DNA of 45,408 nt. Origin: Candidatus Pacearchaeota archaeon (GTDB lineage Archaea; Nanobdellota; Nanobdellia; Pacearchaeales; GW2011-AR1). The DNA lies in the NCBI GenBank assembly GCA_023137045.1, contig JAGLQB010000002.1, forward strand, positions 1 to 45,408. The letters are read 5' to 3'. Below the pieces are notes generated by a model. It did not search any database and was not told where the DNA came from. It worked only from the letters and a program-made list of their open reading frames with translations. The translations under genes and the position numbers were made by a program. Shown here one piece after another: positions 26,000 through 34,551 of this stretch (positions are counted from its first letter, which is position 1; every line of letters begins with the position of its first letter).

Positions 26000-27299
26000 A
26001 AGAAAAAAAGTGTATGTTGCCATGTCTGCAGATTTAATTCATCCAGGACATTTAAAAGTGGTGAGTAAAGCCAGAGATCTCGGGCATGTTACTATTGGGT
26101 TATTAACTGAGAAAGCAATTGCAAGTTACAAACGTCTCCCAGCTCTTTCCTATGAACAAAGAAAAATTATAGTAGAAAATATTAAAGGAGTAGAAGAAGT
26201 TATTCCTCAAGAAACACTCGATTATATGCCAAATTTAAGAAAAATAAAACCAGATTATGTTGTTCATGGAGATGATTGGAGAACGGGTGTTCAAAAGCAA
26301 ATAAGAAACAAAGTTATCGAAGTGCTTAAAGAGTGGGGGGGTCAATTAGTCGAAATTCCCAATTTCAAGGATATTTCTTCAACTAAAATCAATGAAATTT
26401 TAAGAGAAATAGGAACAACTCCCGAAAATAGGAGGAAAAGCTTAAGAAGATTACTAGAAGCAAAAGATTTAGTTAGATTCTTAGAAGCACATAGTGGTTT
26501 AACAGGTTTAATCGTAGAAAAAGTAAATGTTATTCAAGAAGATACCAAAAAAGAATTTGATGGTGCTTGGATAAGTAGTTTAACTGATTCAACCTGTAAA
26601 GGGAAACCAGATACTGGATGTATTGATTTAACTTCAAGATTAAATACCATAGAACATGTATTAGAATCAACTGTAAAGCCCTTAATTGTTGATGGGGACA
26701 ATGGGGGTTCTATTGAGCATTTTCCATTAACTGTGAAAACTCTCGAAAGGTTGGGGATAAGCGCTATTATCATAGAAGATAAAGTTGGTTTTAAAAAAAA
26801 TTCTTTATTTGGAACAGATGTACTACAAACTCAAGATTCAATAGAAAATTTTTCACATAAAATTTCTCAAGGAAAAAAAGCACAAGTGACAGAAGATTTC
26901 ATGGTTATAGCAAGAATAGAAAGTTTAATCTTAAAAAAAGGTTTATGGGACGCACTATTAAGGGCAAGAGCATATATTGAAGCTGGAGCAGATGGGATAA
27001 TGATACATAGTAAAGAAAAGAATCCCACAGAAATTTTAGATTTTTGTAAAGAATACTCTAAATTTGATAAGAAAGTCCCTTTAGTAGCAGTACCTTCAAC
27101 TTATAGTATTATGACTGAAAAAGAACTTAAAGATGCTGGAGTTAACATAGTAATTTATGCCAATCATTTATTGAGAAGCTCTTATCCTGCAATGGTCAAA
27201 ACTGCAGAGTCAATACTTTTTAATGAAAGAGCTTATGAATCAGAACAGTTCTGTATGCCCATCAAAGATATTCTGATATTGACTGATAAAGGAGGGTAA
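25989..27299 (+). CDS. pepM: Bifunctional cytidylyltransferase / phosphoenolpyruvate mutase (Fom1-like architecture)
   Basis: The N-terminal domain is [18 protein letters not shown]...VVHGDDW. The C-terminal domain, from about nt 26410, has [26 protein letters not shown] and the PepM-diagnostic [10 protein letters not shown] (EDKxxxxxNS). Confidence 0.85.
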   Translation: MDYKRKKVYVAMSADLIHPGHLKVVSKARDLGHVTIGLLTEKAIASYKRLPALSYEQRKIIVENIKGVEEVIPQETLDYMPNLRKIKPDYVVHGDDWRTGVQKQIRNKVIEVLKEWGGQLVEIPNFKDISSTKINEILREIGTTPENRRKSLRRLLEAKDLVRFLEAHSGLTGLIVEKVNVIQEDTKKEFDGAWISSLTDSTCKGKPDTGCIDLTSRLNTIEHVLESTVKPLIVDGDNGGSIEHFPLTVKTLERLGISAIIIEDKVGFKKNSLFGTDVLQTQDSIENFSHKISQGKKAQVTEDFMVIARIESLILKKGLWDALLRARAYIEAGADGIMIHSKEKNPTEILDFCKEYSKFDKKVPLVAVPSTYSIMTEKELKDAGVNIVIYANHLLRSSYPAMVKTAESILFNERAYESEQFCMPIKDILILTDKGG

Positions 27300-27350
27300 T
27301 AAAATTGTTTAAGATGGTGAATATATTAAAATGGTATTTCTTTGAATAAA

Positions 27351-28481
27351 ATGATTAATTGTAATGATTTATACAGAATTTTTAAAAAGAATGATTTAAT
27401 TTTTTTTGCAGGTGTCCCTGATTCTACTTTCAAAGATTGGATGAAATATTTGGCAGATAGTGATGGAGAAAAATTAACAAATAGGGTAGCAGTTATAGAA
27501 AGAGATGCAGTCGGTTTAGCAGCAGGGTATTATCTCGCAACACAAAAAATTGGTGTCGTTTATATGCAAAATTCGGGTTTAGGAAATGCAATTAATCCAA
27601 TAACTTCTTTAGCAGATTCTGAAGTATACAAGATTCCTATGATTTTGATGATTGGTTGGAGAGGAGAACCTGAGAAAAAAGACGAACCTCAGCATAAAAA
27701 AATTGGGAGAATAATGCTGCCGTTACTGGATATATTGGAAATTCCTTATAAGGTTCTTCCAGAGAACATAGAAGAAGCTGAAAAAATAATAACTGAAGTG
27801 AAAAATATTGCTGAAAGAGGAAGTAGACCCGTTGCTCTTATTATCAAAAAGGGAATTTTAGAAGAATATAATGCTCAGAAAGAAGTAAAACTCAATTACG
27901 AAATGAAAAGAGAGGATGCAATTAAAATTATAATTGACAATTTGAGTGGCTCAGAAGTAATAGTATCCACAACTGGCAAAAATTCCCGGGAATTATTTGA
28001 ATATCGGGAAGAAAAAAATTTTGGGCACCAAAATGATTTTTTAATGATTGGTTCAATGGGAGAAGCTTCAGTTATTGGTGCAGAAATAGCTCTCCAAAAA
28101 CCAAACAAAAAGATAGTAATTTTTGATGGAGATGGGGCAGCTATGATGACAATGGGTGCTATGGCTACAATAGGAAATTATCACCCTAAGAATTTATCCC
28201 ATATAATTTTTGATAATGGTACTTATGGTTCAACTGGGGGGCAGCCAACATTTTCTGAAAATGTGGATTTTGAAAAAGTTGCATTGGCATGTGATTATGA
28301 CGGAGCCAGAACCGTAAAGACAAAAAAAGATCTCAAACAAGTAATTGGAGATTTAAAAAACCAAAAAGGTCCACAAATAGTTATTGTTAAAATAAACAAG
28401 GGAGCAAGAAAAGATTTGGGAAGACCAACTACAACTCCAATAGAAAATAAAAAAGCGTTTATGAATTTTTTAAGAAAATGA
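27351..28481 (+). CDS. ppd: Phosphonopyruvate decarboxylase (ThDP-dependent)
   Basis: FFAGVPDSTFKDW at the N-terminus and the ThDP motif FDGDGAAMMTMGAMATIG...IIFDNGTYGSTGGQ. The track start at 27342 is a TTG; the ATG at 27351 is preferred. It lies immediately after pepM. Confidence 0.85.
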   Translation: MINCNDLYRIFKKNDLIFFAGVPDSTFKDWMKYLADSDGEKLTNRVAVIERDAVGLAAGYYLATQKIGVVYMQNSGLGNAINPITSLADSEVYKIPMILMIGWRGEPEKKDEPQHKKIGRIMLPLLDILEIPYKVLPENIEEAEKIITEVKNIAERGSRPVALIIKKGILEEYNAQKEVKLNYEMKREDAIKIIIDNLSGSEVIVSTTGKNSRELFEYREEKNFGHQNDFLMIGSMGEASVIGAEIALQKPNKKIVIFDGDGAAMMTMGAMATIGNYHPKNLSHIIFDNGTYGSTGGQPTFSENVDFEKVALACDYDGARTVKTKKDLKQVIGDLKNQKGPQIVIVKINKGARKDLGRPTTTPIENKKAFMNFLRK

Positions 28482-29191
28482 AAGCAATCATCATAAATGC
28501 TGGGCTAGGAAAAAGAATGAAAGAACTAACAAAAGATAAACCCAAGTGTCTAATAAAATTAGTTGAGGAAGAAACTATTCTTGGAAGACAATTGAGTATG
28601 TTAAAAGATAATGGTTTAAAAAGTATTATTATTCTTACTGGATATTTTAGTGATAAGATTAAAGGATATGTGAAGGAAAACTTTTCCCAACTTGATGTAG
28701 AATATATCTTTAATCCTTTTTACTCAAAAACAAATTATATTTATACATTGTCTTTAATAGCAGATGAAAAAATAGATGATAATGTAATTTTGATGCATGG
28801 TGATATGGTGTTCAATAAAACTCCTTTTAAAAGATTAATAAATTCAGCATATAATGATGCCGTTCTTATGAGCAAAGAAATAAAATCTGAAAAAGACTTT
28901 AAAGGAAGGGTGGAAAAAGGAATTATTAGTAAGATTGGAGTAAATGTTTTTGGAGATAATTGTTTTTTCTTGGCCCCAATTTATAAGATGTCTAAAGATA
29001 ATTTTTTATTATGGCTTGATAAAACAAGAGATTTTGTAAAAAGAGGAGAAACAAAAGTTTATGCAGAAAACGCATTCAATGAAATTTTTTCTACCATAAA
29101 ATTAAAACCTGTTTATTTTACTGAACTTTGCAATGAAATAGATACTGAACAAGACTTGATTAAAATTAAAAATGAGATTTACAAGAGATAA
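28478..29191 (+). CDS. LicC/PntC-like nucleotidyltransferase (GT-A-like NTP_transf fold)
   Basis: MKAIIINAGLGKRMKELTKDKPKCLIKL is the G-x-G-x-R nucleotide-binding loop of sugar/phosphocholine nucleotidyltransferases. ATGA overlap with ppd. Confidence 0.75.
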   Translation: MKAIIINAGLGKRMKELTKDKPKCLIKLVEEETILGRQLSMLKDNGLKSIIILTGYFSDKIKGYVKENFSQLDVEYIFNPFYSKTNYIYTLSLIADEKIDDNVILMHGDMVFNKTPFKRLINSAYNDAVLMSKEIKSEKDFKGRVEKGIISKIGVNVFGDNCFFLAPIYKMSKDNFLLWLDKTRDFVKRGETKVYAENAFNEIFSTIKLKPVYFTELCNEIDTEQDLIKIKNEIYKR

Positions 29192-29192
29192 A

Positions 29193-30320
29193 ATGAAAAA
29201 AGAATATTTTGGTTTTGGGAGTGTATGTAATCTTAAAGAAATTTTAGACAAAGAAAAACCAAAAAATATATTTTTAGTAACCGGAAAATCTTCTTATGAA
29301 AAATCAGGCGCAAAGGACGCTATAAAATCAATTTTATCAAATTATAATATAACTCATTTTTGTAATTTTGAAGTTAATCCTAAACTAAAAGATATTATAA
29401 AAGGAATTGATTTATTTAAAAAAGAGGCATGCGATTTGGTAATTGGAATTGGGGGGGGAAGTGTAATTGATATGGCTAAGTCAATAAATTGTTTTGCCAA
29501 TAATCCAGCAATTCCTTCTGAATATTTAAAAAAGGAAAAAATAATTGAAAATAAAGGTAGAAGTTTAATAGCTATACCAACAACTTCTGGAAGTGGAAGT
29601 GAATCAACTCATTTCGCTGTCATTTATATGTGCGGCAGAAAGTATTCCCTTGCCCACGAATTTATTTTGCCTGATTACAGTATTATAGACCCTAGTTTTA
29701 CATTAAATATTCCAAAAAAAATTACAGCTTCGAGTGGTATGGACGCCTTGGGTCAGGCTATTGAGTCTTATTGGTGTGTTAATTCTACTGACCAGTCTAA
29801 ACAATATGCCTCTAAGGCCATAAAATTAGTCATGAATAATTTAGTTAATGCTGCCAACAATTTTTCCAAGGAGTCAAGAGAAGCTATTGCTAAAGCAGCA
29901 CATTTAGCAGGAAAAGCTATTAATATTACTAAAACAACAGTCCCTCATTCAATCTCTTACCCATTAACTTCTCACTTCGGTATTCCTCATGGACATGCTG
30001 TATCTTTAACTTTACCGTCAATTTTAATCTATAATTCTAAAATAACAGAACAAGAGTGTTTAGATATAAGGGGAGTTGCTTATGTAAAGAAAACAATAAA
30101 TGAAATTGTTAATTTGCTTGGTTGTGGAAGCGAGAAGGACGCTAAAAATAAATTAGTTTATTTAATGAAAAACATAGGGCTAGAAACTAATTTAAGAGAT
30201 TTAGGCATTTCTAATTTAGAAATTATAATAAAAGAAGGCTTTAATCCTGATAGAGTAAAAAATAATCCAAGATTATTGACAGAAAGCAATTTAAGAGAAA
30301 TACTAAAAGAGTTATTTTAA
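29193..30320 (+). CDS. Iron-containing (group III) alcohol dehydrogenase, probable phosphonoacetaldehyde reductase (PhpC/FomC-like)
   Basis: GIGGGSVIDMAKS, the PTTSGSGSE NAD loop and metal-site His residues (HFAVIY..., PHSISYPL..HFGIPHGHAV). The alternative upstream ATG at 29172 overlaps the previous gene. Confidence 0.75.
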   Translation: MKKEYFGFGSVCNLKEILDKEKPKNIFLVTGKSSYEKSGAKDAIKSILSNYNITHFCNFEVNPKLKDIIKGIDLFKKEACDLVIGIGGGSVIDMAKSINCFANNPAIPSEYLKKEKIIENKGRSLIAIPTTSGSGSESTHFAVIYMCGRKYSLAHEFILPDYSIIDPSFTLNIPKKITASSGMDALGQAIESYWCVNSTDQSKQYASKAIKLVMNNLVNAANNFSKESREAIAKAAHLAGKAINITKTTVPHSISYPLTSHFGIPHGHAVSLTLPSILIYNSKITEQECLDIRGVAYVKKTINEIVNLLGCGSEKDAKNKLVYLMKNIGLETNLRDLGISNLEIIIKEGFNPDRVKNNPRLLTESNLREILKELF

Positions 30321-31103
30321 ATTATTTTTTTTGTCTACGTCTTCTAATCTTTTTAATTCCCTGTAGAAATTTTTAAAGAACAAAGGTACAAATAAAATAA
30401 CTGTAACAATTAAGAACCAATGTACTACATTAAAGATTATTGCCCAAAAAAATAAAGACTTCTGCATATATTGTGGCTTAAATATACTATGCAACCATTT
30501 TAATTTTCCAGGAGTTGTTTTTTCTTTTCTTGCTTTGTTTATTAGTTTTATTTTTCCTGATTGTATCAGCGAGTCATATACCCTTAATTTAATCACTTGA
30601 TCTAAAGAGAATACTATTGTAAGAACCACTCCTGCATAAAAATAGTAAATTTGATCAAATCTCATCCAAGCTCCAACACCAATACCAAAGAATATTGATA
30701 TTCTGATTAAAAAATGAGAAAGATCCTCTAAATAAAGCCCTGTTACAGAACCTTCTTTTTTTCCTTTCCTCCACATCCAATATCTTGCTACTTCTCCGTC
30801 AGAATGGTCTATGATGGCAGCAAGATTAAATAAGATAAGGAAACTTATGCTCGCCCAGTATTGTCCAGACCATAAAAGAATTGTAGAAGCTACCCCAAGA
30901 AATATCCATAAATAAGAAACCATGTTAGCAGAAATTCCAAGATGCAAAAAAAGTTTAGTAAGATAAACAGAAAATTTAGTAAAAATTCTTACTCTTATGT
31001 CTTTCTTTTTATTTTCTTCTCTTTCTTTACTCCAAACAATTTTCCTCATTTCAGGAATTGTTAATTCTGATAATTTTTTTTCTTTTAGTTTTTCAAGATC
31101 CAT
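30312..31103 (-). CDS. CDP-alcohol phosphatidyltransferase-family membrane protein (divergent)
   Basis: 6-7 TM helices with IIDHSDGEVARYW (DxxDGxxAR) followed by ...GLYLEDLSH. The spacing between the two halves of the motif is longer than canonical. Its 3' end overlaps the convergent ADH gene by 9 nt. Confidence 0.6.
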   Translation of the reverse strand: MDLEKLKEKKLSELTIPEMRKIVWSKEREENKKKDIRVRIFTKFSVYLTKLFLHLGISANMVSYLWIFLGVASTILLWSGQYWASISFLILFNLAAIIDHSDGEVARYWMWRKGKKEGSVTGLYLEDLSHFLIRISIFFGIGVGAWMRFDQIYYFYAGVVLTIVFSLDQVIKLRVYDSLIQSGKIKLINKARKEKTTPGKLKWLHSIFKPQYMQKSLFFWAIIFNVVHWFLIVTVILFVPLFFKNFYRELKRLEDVDKKNNLK

Positions 31104-31179
31104 TTTCCATAAAAAAGTAAAGAATATATAAATTTTTGTGCGACTGAACCCTTGATTTATTTTAACACGAAAAATATCT

Positions 31180-31704
31180 TTATTCTTTATCGTATAAATC
31201 TCTCCGTTCGATTATCATCGCGGGACCATAAGAATTATTAATTTTTATATAATCTCTAATGACCTCTTGGGAATTTTTAGGTTCATAAATTGGGAATTTA
31301 ATCATCTCTCTAAAAGCTTCTGTAAAATCTTGTGTATGCTGGGCACCAGGATTAAGAGGGATCTTTGAGCCAATGACGGCTCTGATTATTACTGGTGTTT
31401 TAAATTGATCTTTTGACATTGATCCAAGTTTATCCAGATGATTAACTATTCCATCTAATGCATTGAGAACAAAATCATGTCTTTCAAAAAAGATAACTGG
31501 TCGGTAACCTTCCAGAGACATACCAATTCCAAGACCCATCATTAAATTTTCTGCAAGAGGAGTTTCTATTTTTTTATCTCTGGGAACATCACTAAGTGTA
31601 CCATAAGCTTTTGAGCCAAAACATACATTGTACCCTAAGAAAACTGTATTTTTCTCTTTGACCAGCATTTCCATTGATTTTTTGATCGCTTCTCGATATG
31701 TCAT
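31180..31704 (-). CDS. ThDP-enzyme Pyr-domain subunit (E1-beta/transketolase-like, truncated; no C-terminal domain)
   Basis: MTYREAIKKSMEMLVKEKNTVFLGYNV...ETPLAENLMMGLGIGMSLEGYRPV resembles an E1-beta N-domain. The start is taken at 31704 (TAG-G-ATG junction with the alpha subunit); the track start is 31740. Confidence 0.65.
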   Translation of the reverse strand: MTYREAIKKSMEMLVKEKNTVFLGYNVCFGSKAYGTLSDVPRDKKIETPLAENLMMGLGIGMSLEGYRPVIFFERHDFVLNALDGIVNHLDKLGSMSKDQFKTPVIIRAVIGSKIPLNPGAQHTQDFTEAFREMIKFPIYEPKNSQEVIRDYIKINNSYGPAMIIERRDLYDKE

Positions 31705-31705
31705 C

Positions 31706-32332
31706 CTAAAAACTATTGCCTCCTGCTTTAAATCCTCCAAAATCTACCCAATTTCCAGTACCAACATGAGGATATGTTGCTATGTAGTGATATCTTTTAA
31801 CACAGTTAGGCCAGATCATTTTTGATTTCCCATATCTCGAACTTTTGGGCGTTTCTACAGATCTATCATTATCTTCTATAATAAATGTACAAGGAAGATT
31901 ATAGCCATCAACATACCTCACAGCTTCATAAAAATGCCCTTCATCTTCTGCACCATCTCCAACAAAGCACCAAACATTTCTTTTGCTATTTTTTTTCTTC
32001 AATGCTAAAGCAACACCTACTGCTGTAACAGGTATGCCTGCCACAATTGATGATGTCAAAAAATTTAGTTCTTTATCAAAAACATGCATACTGTCCCCTC
32101 TTATTATCATTTTTTCTAAATTTGTTTTAGACCCACCTGCAAGCAAGTAATGATAATGTGAGCGATGAGTAGAAAATACATAATCTCCTTCCTTCACTTC
32201 TTCAAATATTTTAATTAACTGTTCTTCATTCCCTCCACAAAGATGAACAGGATAAGGTATTTTTGCCTCTTCCCAAAGTCTGGCAATATTTTTTTCAAAA
32301 TTTATCAGTTCTTGTTTTGTTATAACTTCCAT
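31706..32332 (-). CDS. ThDP-enzyme PP-domain subunit (E1-alpha-like, miniature 208 aa)
   Basis: ThDP-binding motif VWCFVGDGAEDEGHFYEAVRYVDGYNLPCTFIIEDND (GDG-x26-ND). It is much shorter than canonical E1-alpha. Confidence 0.65.
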   Translation of the reverse strand: MEVITKQELINFEKNIARLWEEAKIPYPVHLCGGNEEQLIKIFEEVKEGDYVFSTHRSHYHYLLAGGSKTNLEKMIIRGDSMHVFDKELNFLTSSIVAGIPVTAVGVALALKKKNSKRNVWCFVGDGAEDEGHFYEAVRYVDGYNLPCTFIIEDNDRSVETPKSSRYGKSKMIWPNCVKRYHYIATYPHVGTGNWVDFGGFKAGGNSF

Positions 32333-32333
32333 T

Positions 32334-33392
32334 TTATATAAAATTATCTTGCTGTTCTGGATTTTTGACTCTATGAAGATACCTATTAATCACATCTAGC
32401 CTACACCCTTTTCTACAATTTTTAACCCCTTTTTCTTCTAGCTTTTGTAAGATCTTTTTCCGTTTATCTCCTTTCCAAATTTCCTCAAATTTGTTTTCAT
32501 ACAAATTCCCATAAGTAAATTCTGGGTTATCATAAAAAAGATTACAAGGGATAACATTCCCTTTCGCGTCTATTAAAGTAATAAATGGAAGCCCGTAACA
32601 TTTTGGATAGTTATTTCCATCCTCAATTCGTTCAATTGTTGCACGCCTAAATTTAATCTGAAAATCATCAGAATTAAATACTTTTAATTTTCCTTCAAGT
32701 TCATTATACTTAGCAGGATTTACAATTAAATTATTCAAACTACTTGGATGATGAGAATATGGTTTTACTTGTAAATTATCGACACCAATACTCTTTAATA
32801 TTTTAGCTAACTTTACTGCTTCTCCTTTATTTTGAGGAATCATTAGAAATTGAGCTCCAATTATTGTTTTCAAATTATTCTGATTTCTAAATTTTACAGA
32901 CTCTTCAGCATTTGCAATCACTTTTGTAAAATCTTTCTTGTCAGTTCCATGAATAAATGCATAATTTTCAGGACTTCCAGAATCTATACTAAATCTTATC
33001 CAAGAAAGATTTGGAAGACATTCTTTTATTTTATCATTAGTAAATGCCAACCCATTAGTTGTTATAGAAACATCCATACCATACTGTTTAGCTTTTGTTG
33101 TGAATAAACCAATATTCTTATGAAGTGATGGTTCACCTTCTCCAGCAAACATAACAGATTTTACTCCCATATTTGCCATATCTTCTAATGTACGAACTAT
33201 TATCTCTTTGTCTATAAAACTTTTCCCCTTTTCTAAAAAGTCTAAAGCACAAAAAATACACTTATGATTACAAGCATTTGTTAGTCCAATTTCAACATAA
33301 ATAGGATAACAATCTCCTTCTTTTTTCCATTCAGTAGTTCTTTCTGGATGATACATCAGTTTGTGATAATCTATGTCTGGTTGGTTTGTCAT
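32334..33392 (-). CDS. Radical SAM enzyme with Cys-rich C-terminal (twitch/SPASM-like) region, non-B12 type A
   Basis: LTNACNHKCIFCA (CxxxCxxC), FAGEGEPSL and ITTNG, with C-terminal GNVIPC...CRKGC. The track start at 33422 is a TTG; the ATG at 33392 is preferred. Confidence 0.8.
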   Translation of the reverse strand: MTNQPDIDYHKLMYHPERTTEWKKEGDCYPIYVEIGLTNACNHKCIFCALDFLEKGKSFIDKEIIVRTLEDMANMGVKSVMFAGEGEPSLHKNIGLFTTKAKQYGMDVSITTNGLAFTNDKIKECLPNLSWIRFSIDSGSPENYAFIHGTDKKDFTKVIANAEESVKFRNQNNLKTIIGAQFLMIPQNKGEAVKLAKILKSIGVDNLQVKPYSHHPSSLNNLIVNPAKYNELEGKLKVFNSDDFQIKFRRATIERIEDGNNYPKCYGLPFITLIDAKGNVIPCNLFYDNPEFTYGNLYENKFEEIWKGDKRKKILQKLEEKGVKNCRKGCRLDVINRYLHRVKNPEQQDNFI

Positions 33393-33538
33393 TTTTAAAA
33401 GATATGTTTCATTTGGTATCAAAACAAATTTATAAATTTATATGTGCTGGATTAATAATCCTTTTGAATTGGTGGTGAATTACAATAATGTTTATATATT
33501 TTTTATCACAAAAATATGAATCTCTTTTAAAGAAAAAT

Positions 33539-34414
33539 ATGAAAACTAAAGAAATTAATGGAATCTTAATTTTAGGAGCGTCTGGGCTTATTGGAAGATA
33601 TACATTTGATCATTTAAAAAAACAAGGTAAAAAAGTCATTGGGACTTTTTATAAAAATAAAAATCCAGAATTAATATATTTTGATGTTGTTAAATCGCCA
33701 ATTAATGAGCTTCCTATCAAAGGTTTAGAGTTGGCCATTATATGTTCTGCAATCTCAAAAATAGATGAATGTAAAAAAGATGTAGGATATTCTCAACAGG
33801 TTAATGTGGAAAACTTGAAGAGAAGTATATATCAATTATCCGAAAAGAATATTGTTCCAGTTTTTATATCTTCAGCAGCTGTTTTTGATGGGGTTTTGGG
33901 AGGATACAAAGAAGATAATATAAGAAACCCCATAAATATTTATGGTAAACAGAAATTAGAAGTAGAAGATTTTATTTTAAAAAATTTTGAAAAATATCTA
34001 ATAGTTAGGATAGAAAAGGTTTTTGGAATAAGAAAAGGGGAGGGGCTTTTTGCAGATTGGATTCTGAAATATAAAAATAAGGAAAAAATTTTTTGTGCAG
34101 ATGACGAAGTATTCTCTCCCACATATGTAGGAGATGTTGCTCAAGGACTTGGCAAACTAATAGAAAAAGGCATGGAAGGAGTGTTTCACATAACCCCTCA
34201 AAATTATTGTAATAGATATGAATTAGCTATAAACTTTTTTGATTATTTAAAAATTAAAGATGCAAGAATAGTAAAATGCTCCTTGGATGATTTTAATTTT
34301 TTAGACAAGAGATCAAAAAATTCCCACTTGGATGGATCCAGATTTATTAAAGAAACGGGACTTAGATTTACTCCTTTAGAAGAATGTTATGAGTATATTA
34401 AAAAACAAATTTAG
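33539..34414 (+). CDS. RmlD-like NAD(P)-dependent sugar 4-ketoreductase (SDR)
   Basis: ILILGASGLIGRY, SSAAVFDG..GGYKEDN, and PINIYGKQKLEVE (YxxxK). The start is taken at the internal ATG (MKTKEING); the track start is 33488. Confidence 0.7.
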   Translation: MKTKEINGILILGASGLIGRYTFDHLKKQGKKVIGTFYKNKNPELIYFDVVKSPINELPIKGLELAIICSAISKIDECKKDVGYSQQVNVENLKRSIYQLSEKNIVPVFISSAAVFDGVLGGYKEDNIRNPINIYGKQKLEVEDFILKNFEKYLIVRIEKVFGIRKGEGLFADWILKYKNKEKIFCADDEVFSPTYVGDVAQGLGKLIEKGMEGVFHITPQNYCNRYELAINFFDYLKIKDARIVKCSLDDFNFLDKRSKNSHLDGSRFIKETGLRFTPLEECYEYIKKQI

Positions 34415-34551
34415 CATTTTCTTACTATTTTACCAATTATTTTTAAAATTTTTATATATTTAGTCATTTATTTTGTTTCTTAAATAGATTCAATCAAATT
34501 TATGCAATATAATAGCATAATTTTTATATACTGTCTTTTAAGATAATTTAA

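Noticed and set aside
25460-30320. Interpretation of the phosphonate genes as a fosfomycin- or methylphosphonate-type small-molecule cluster
   Set aside because: No HppE, FomD, MPnS or HEPD-like (cupin/DUF402) ORF, resistance gene or exporter is present. The genes are instead embedded between a Wzx flippase, nucleotidyltransferases, a CDP-alcohol transferase and many GTs, which favours glycan or lipid decoration.
30312-30320. 9-nt convergent overlap of the ADH and CDP-alcohol transferase 3' ends as a possible regulatory feature
   Set aside because: Short convergent stop-region overlaps are common in compact genomes. No hairpin or special sequence is visible beyond the oligo-T/A tracts expected to serve as archaeal terminators.
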